A stretch of 64,000 bases of DNA from Pseudovirgaria hyperparasitica (taxonomy: Eukaryota): NCBI GenBank assembly GCA_010093815.1, contig ML996569.1. The stretch is one strand, 5' to 3'. Position 1 is the first letter of the stretch. Each line of letters opens with the position of its first letter. The notes under the pieces were generated by a model. It was not told the DNA's origin. It made no database searches and saw only the letters and a list, made by a program, of their open reading frames with translations. The translations under genes were made by a program, and so were the position numbers. Shown here piece after piece: positions 61,785 through 64,000 of the stretch.

Positions 61785-64000
61785 CGATACTCATATGCAT
61801 AAATTACGATCAACAGAGTCAAGCAACACAGGTGAACATGCAGCCATTGTTACATAGGCCAAGAATCTGAACAAGCCTTAAGTCGAACCTCGAAGAAAGT
61901 TCTGACCAGTCCATGACTCGTTCCTTCAGCAGAATAAGGCGCAATCTGGGCTCAGCTGAGCCAAGTCGTCCAACTGAGAGGTATGAGACCACTTCTCTAT
62001 ACGAGGATGAAACAAAAGTGCTTATTTCGCAATACATTTTTCAAATCGAGGACAGTCGTTCCGATAATGGTCAATGGCAGATCCATTGGTGATCGGCGCT
62101 CAGAATTGTCTGCGCCTCTACTTCTTATTAAAGTTGCGATCCAAGGCCTCCTGAAGTTCGCGGAATGACTTTGAAACGACATTTGGCATCCCGATCTTAT
62201 GTTAGTATGTATGCGAGAGTCAGGATTGGGGTTATCATGAAGCCAGGACAATATCGTTGACGCTGTTCAATAGAAGCTACATTTACGGATGAGCCTCTCA
62301 CGCATTCCGGCTGATTACGCATATTGTCGTGTGCCAATGTTGATGAGACCTGGGTTACAGCTCGAGCAGGCGGTCTATGTCGAGCATGAATAGCAACTGC
62401 TTAATCCTGGGTGCGGATATGCACCAACAGAGTGAGTAAAGAAGGCCATTGGAATCTGTACATGAGAAGAGCACGAATAGCATCGTTTGTGGCTTACCTT
62501 GCACCCGATATACGGGCGAGATCTTCGGGAAAGCTTGTCTGTACAACTGGCGGCTGACCTTCAAGTGACCTGACGAGATCCATGAGGTGTATGAAAATGC
62601 GATTACCTGGAGAAGCTCGGGTTATATTGCGAGATTCACGTGACCCTATATTTTCCCCATTAAAGGTTACCTTGCTATCGGAAACAAGCTAGACCGAAGG
62701 AGGTTTGAGCAGAGACATCCCGAGTAGAACTAATTAACCCTAGGCAGCAAAATTGGGAAAAAGAAGAGACAAGTTTCCCATGTACGACAGAGACGAGAAA
62801 CACGACACCAAGGGCTCCCCAGATAGAGGCGACGACTGTGTCCTCATGTCGATCTATTCTGCTCTGCCCAACCACGCGTAGATGTAGTAGTATGTCCTCC
62901 GTACATCGGCATCGCGTGTTACATTTTCACTTCGGGAAATTCAGACGAGCGGCAATCGAGTGGATTCAACGCTCGAGAGCTCAAAGCGGCGACATCGAAC
63001 GTTCTGCATCAACTACTGTCCCTATTGAAGCATGAGTGTCCTCTTCGATAGCACTGGTACTGGTCTATGCATTACATCAATAACTGACTGTGTCATTCGT
63101 CAACCTCACGCACCACATACCTGCAGCATGTTATTCACGAGGGCGTGCTGCTGGATGCAGAATCTCCTCCAGCTGGCTCAAGCGGACAATCTACGCGGCC
63201 CTTTGATTACCTTTGGCTCTTCGCCGCTCATCTCACCTTTGACCTCTGGTGACACTGTATCATCCCTGGTAATCTAGCCTAGAGAGCCTGGTAGCTACGA
63301 ACGAATATGCAGCCGGTATCCCTGTCTGCATTGTCCATATCACAGACAGATGCATTTCGACATTCGGCATACCTCGTGCTACCCAACGTGGCCTGTAGGC
63401 ATGGCTTCTGCATATATCCCTAGGACGTCGCGCAATCTGTACCTGGGGCCTTTGGTGGAAAGCCTCATGCTTGCTATAGGCTCCAGTATTGACAATTTGA
63501 TCTGGACATTGTATGTCCATATCCATCATTCTACATTCCAGATTTCTTTCAATTTCGATTACCTCATCAAGGTCGTCTCTTGCAGGTCGCCCTTTCCTCC
63601 GTGTAAATAGAGTATACTGGAGGAAGTCGCGGAAGAACATCGACACCGCCAGTCACTGTATACCAAGCTCTTATGACCGCAGTACTTTCCTTCAGATTCA
63701 TCACTAGCCCAGGTAGCTCAGCTACCCAGATACCCACTGTCCTTCGACGAGGAACATTTACGACTCCTTCGTTCCTTCTCAACGCATAGGTCTCGTGGTA
63801 CGACTTTCAACCAAATCAACGCTGACATAAAACAGACTCGACGATTTTTCTTGTTAACCACCTTTGCACAGCTCTTGTAACACTCCTAGTGACCTGTATC
63901 TTCACATCTTGTGTCACTGTGTCCTCTGCAAAGACCAGTAGTATTTGCTGGGACTCACCAAGTGGTTCTTGGCGCTCTTAACTTTCTGCTCCTTTTCGAC

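Noticed and set aside
62000..64000. Scattered 60-128 aa ORFs and a GTGAGT donor near the window end
   Set aside because: Could be a decayed gene or the tail of a gene beyond the window, but no product or gene model can be supported.
1..64000. CRISPR arrays, rRNA, intact tRNA genes, prokaryotic operons
   Set aside because: None seen; the sequence is eukaryotic with spliceosomal introns.

Overview
Fungal (filamentous ascomycete, Dothideomycete-like) genomic DNA with two compartments. Bases 1 to ~10.8 kb are an AT-rich, RIP-mutated retrotransposon nest: the 3' half of a chromodomain Ty3/gypsy element, a 581-bp TRIM with 140-bp LTRs, a second copy of the gypsy 3' end, and a Ty1/copia element. 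The gypsy element carries a spliced, Cys-rich ANTISENSE accessory gene between pol and the 3' LTR. At the border (10.8-12.4 kb), RIP leaks into two tandem secreted-protein genes, one of them cut by the copia LTR; a small MITE-like element and a CorA-like fragment follow. From ~12.7 to 62 kb is ordinary intron-rich euchromatin: CRZ1, a frameshifted SAM methyltransferase, palA/RIM20, ATX1, UPS2, a PfkB kinase, ALG11, a GPI cell-wall protein, COA1, PHO81/nuc-2, CRM1, YPI1, a membrane protein, a SERF/4F5 microprotein missing from the ORF track, a Zn2Cys6 factor, BUD6, LST8, PTC2 and a hypothetical gene. Splicing oddities include a start codon split by an intron, GC-AG introns, microexons and an alternative BUD6 C-terminus. 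All intron and de-RIP readings were made by eye; no searches were run.
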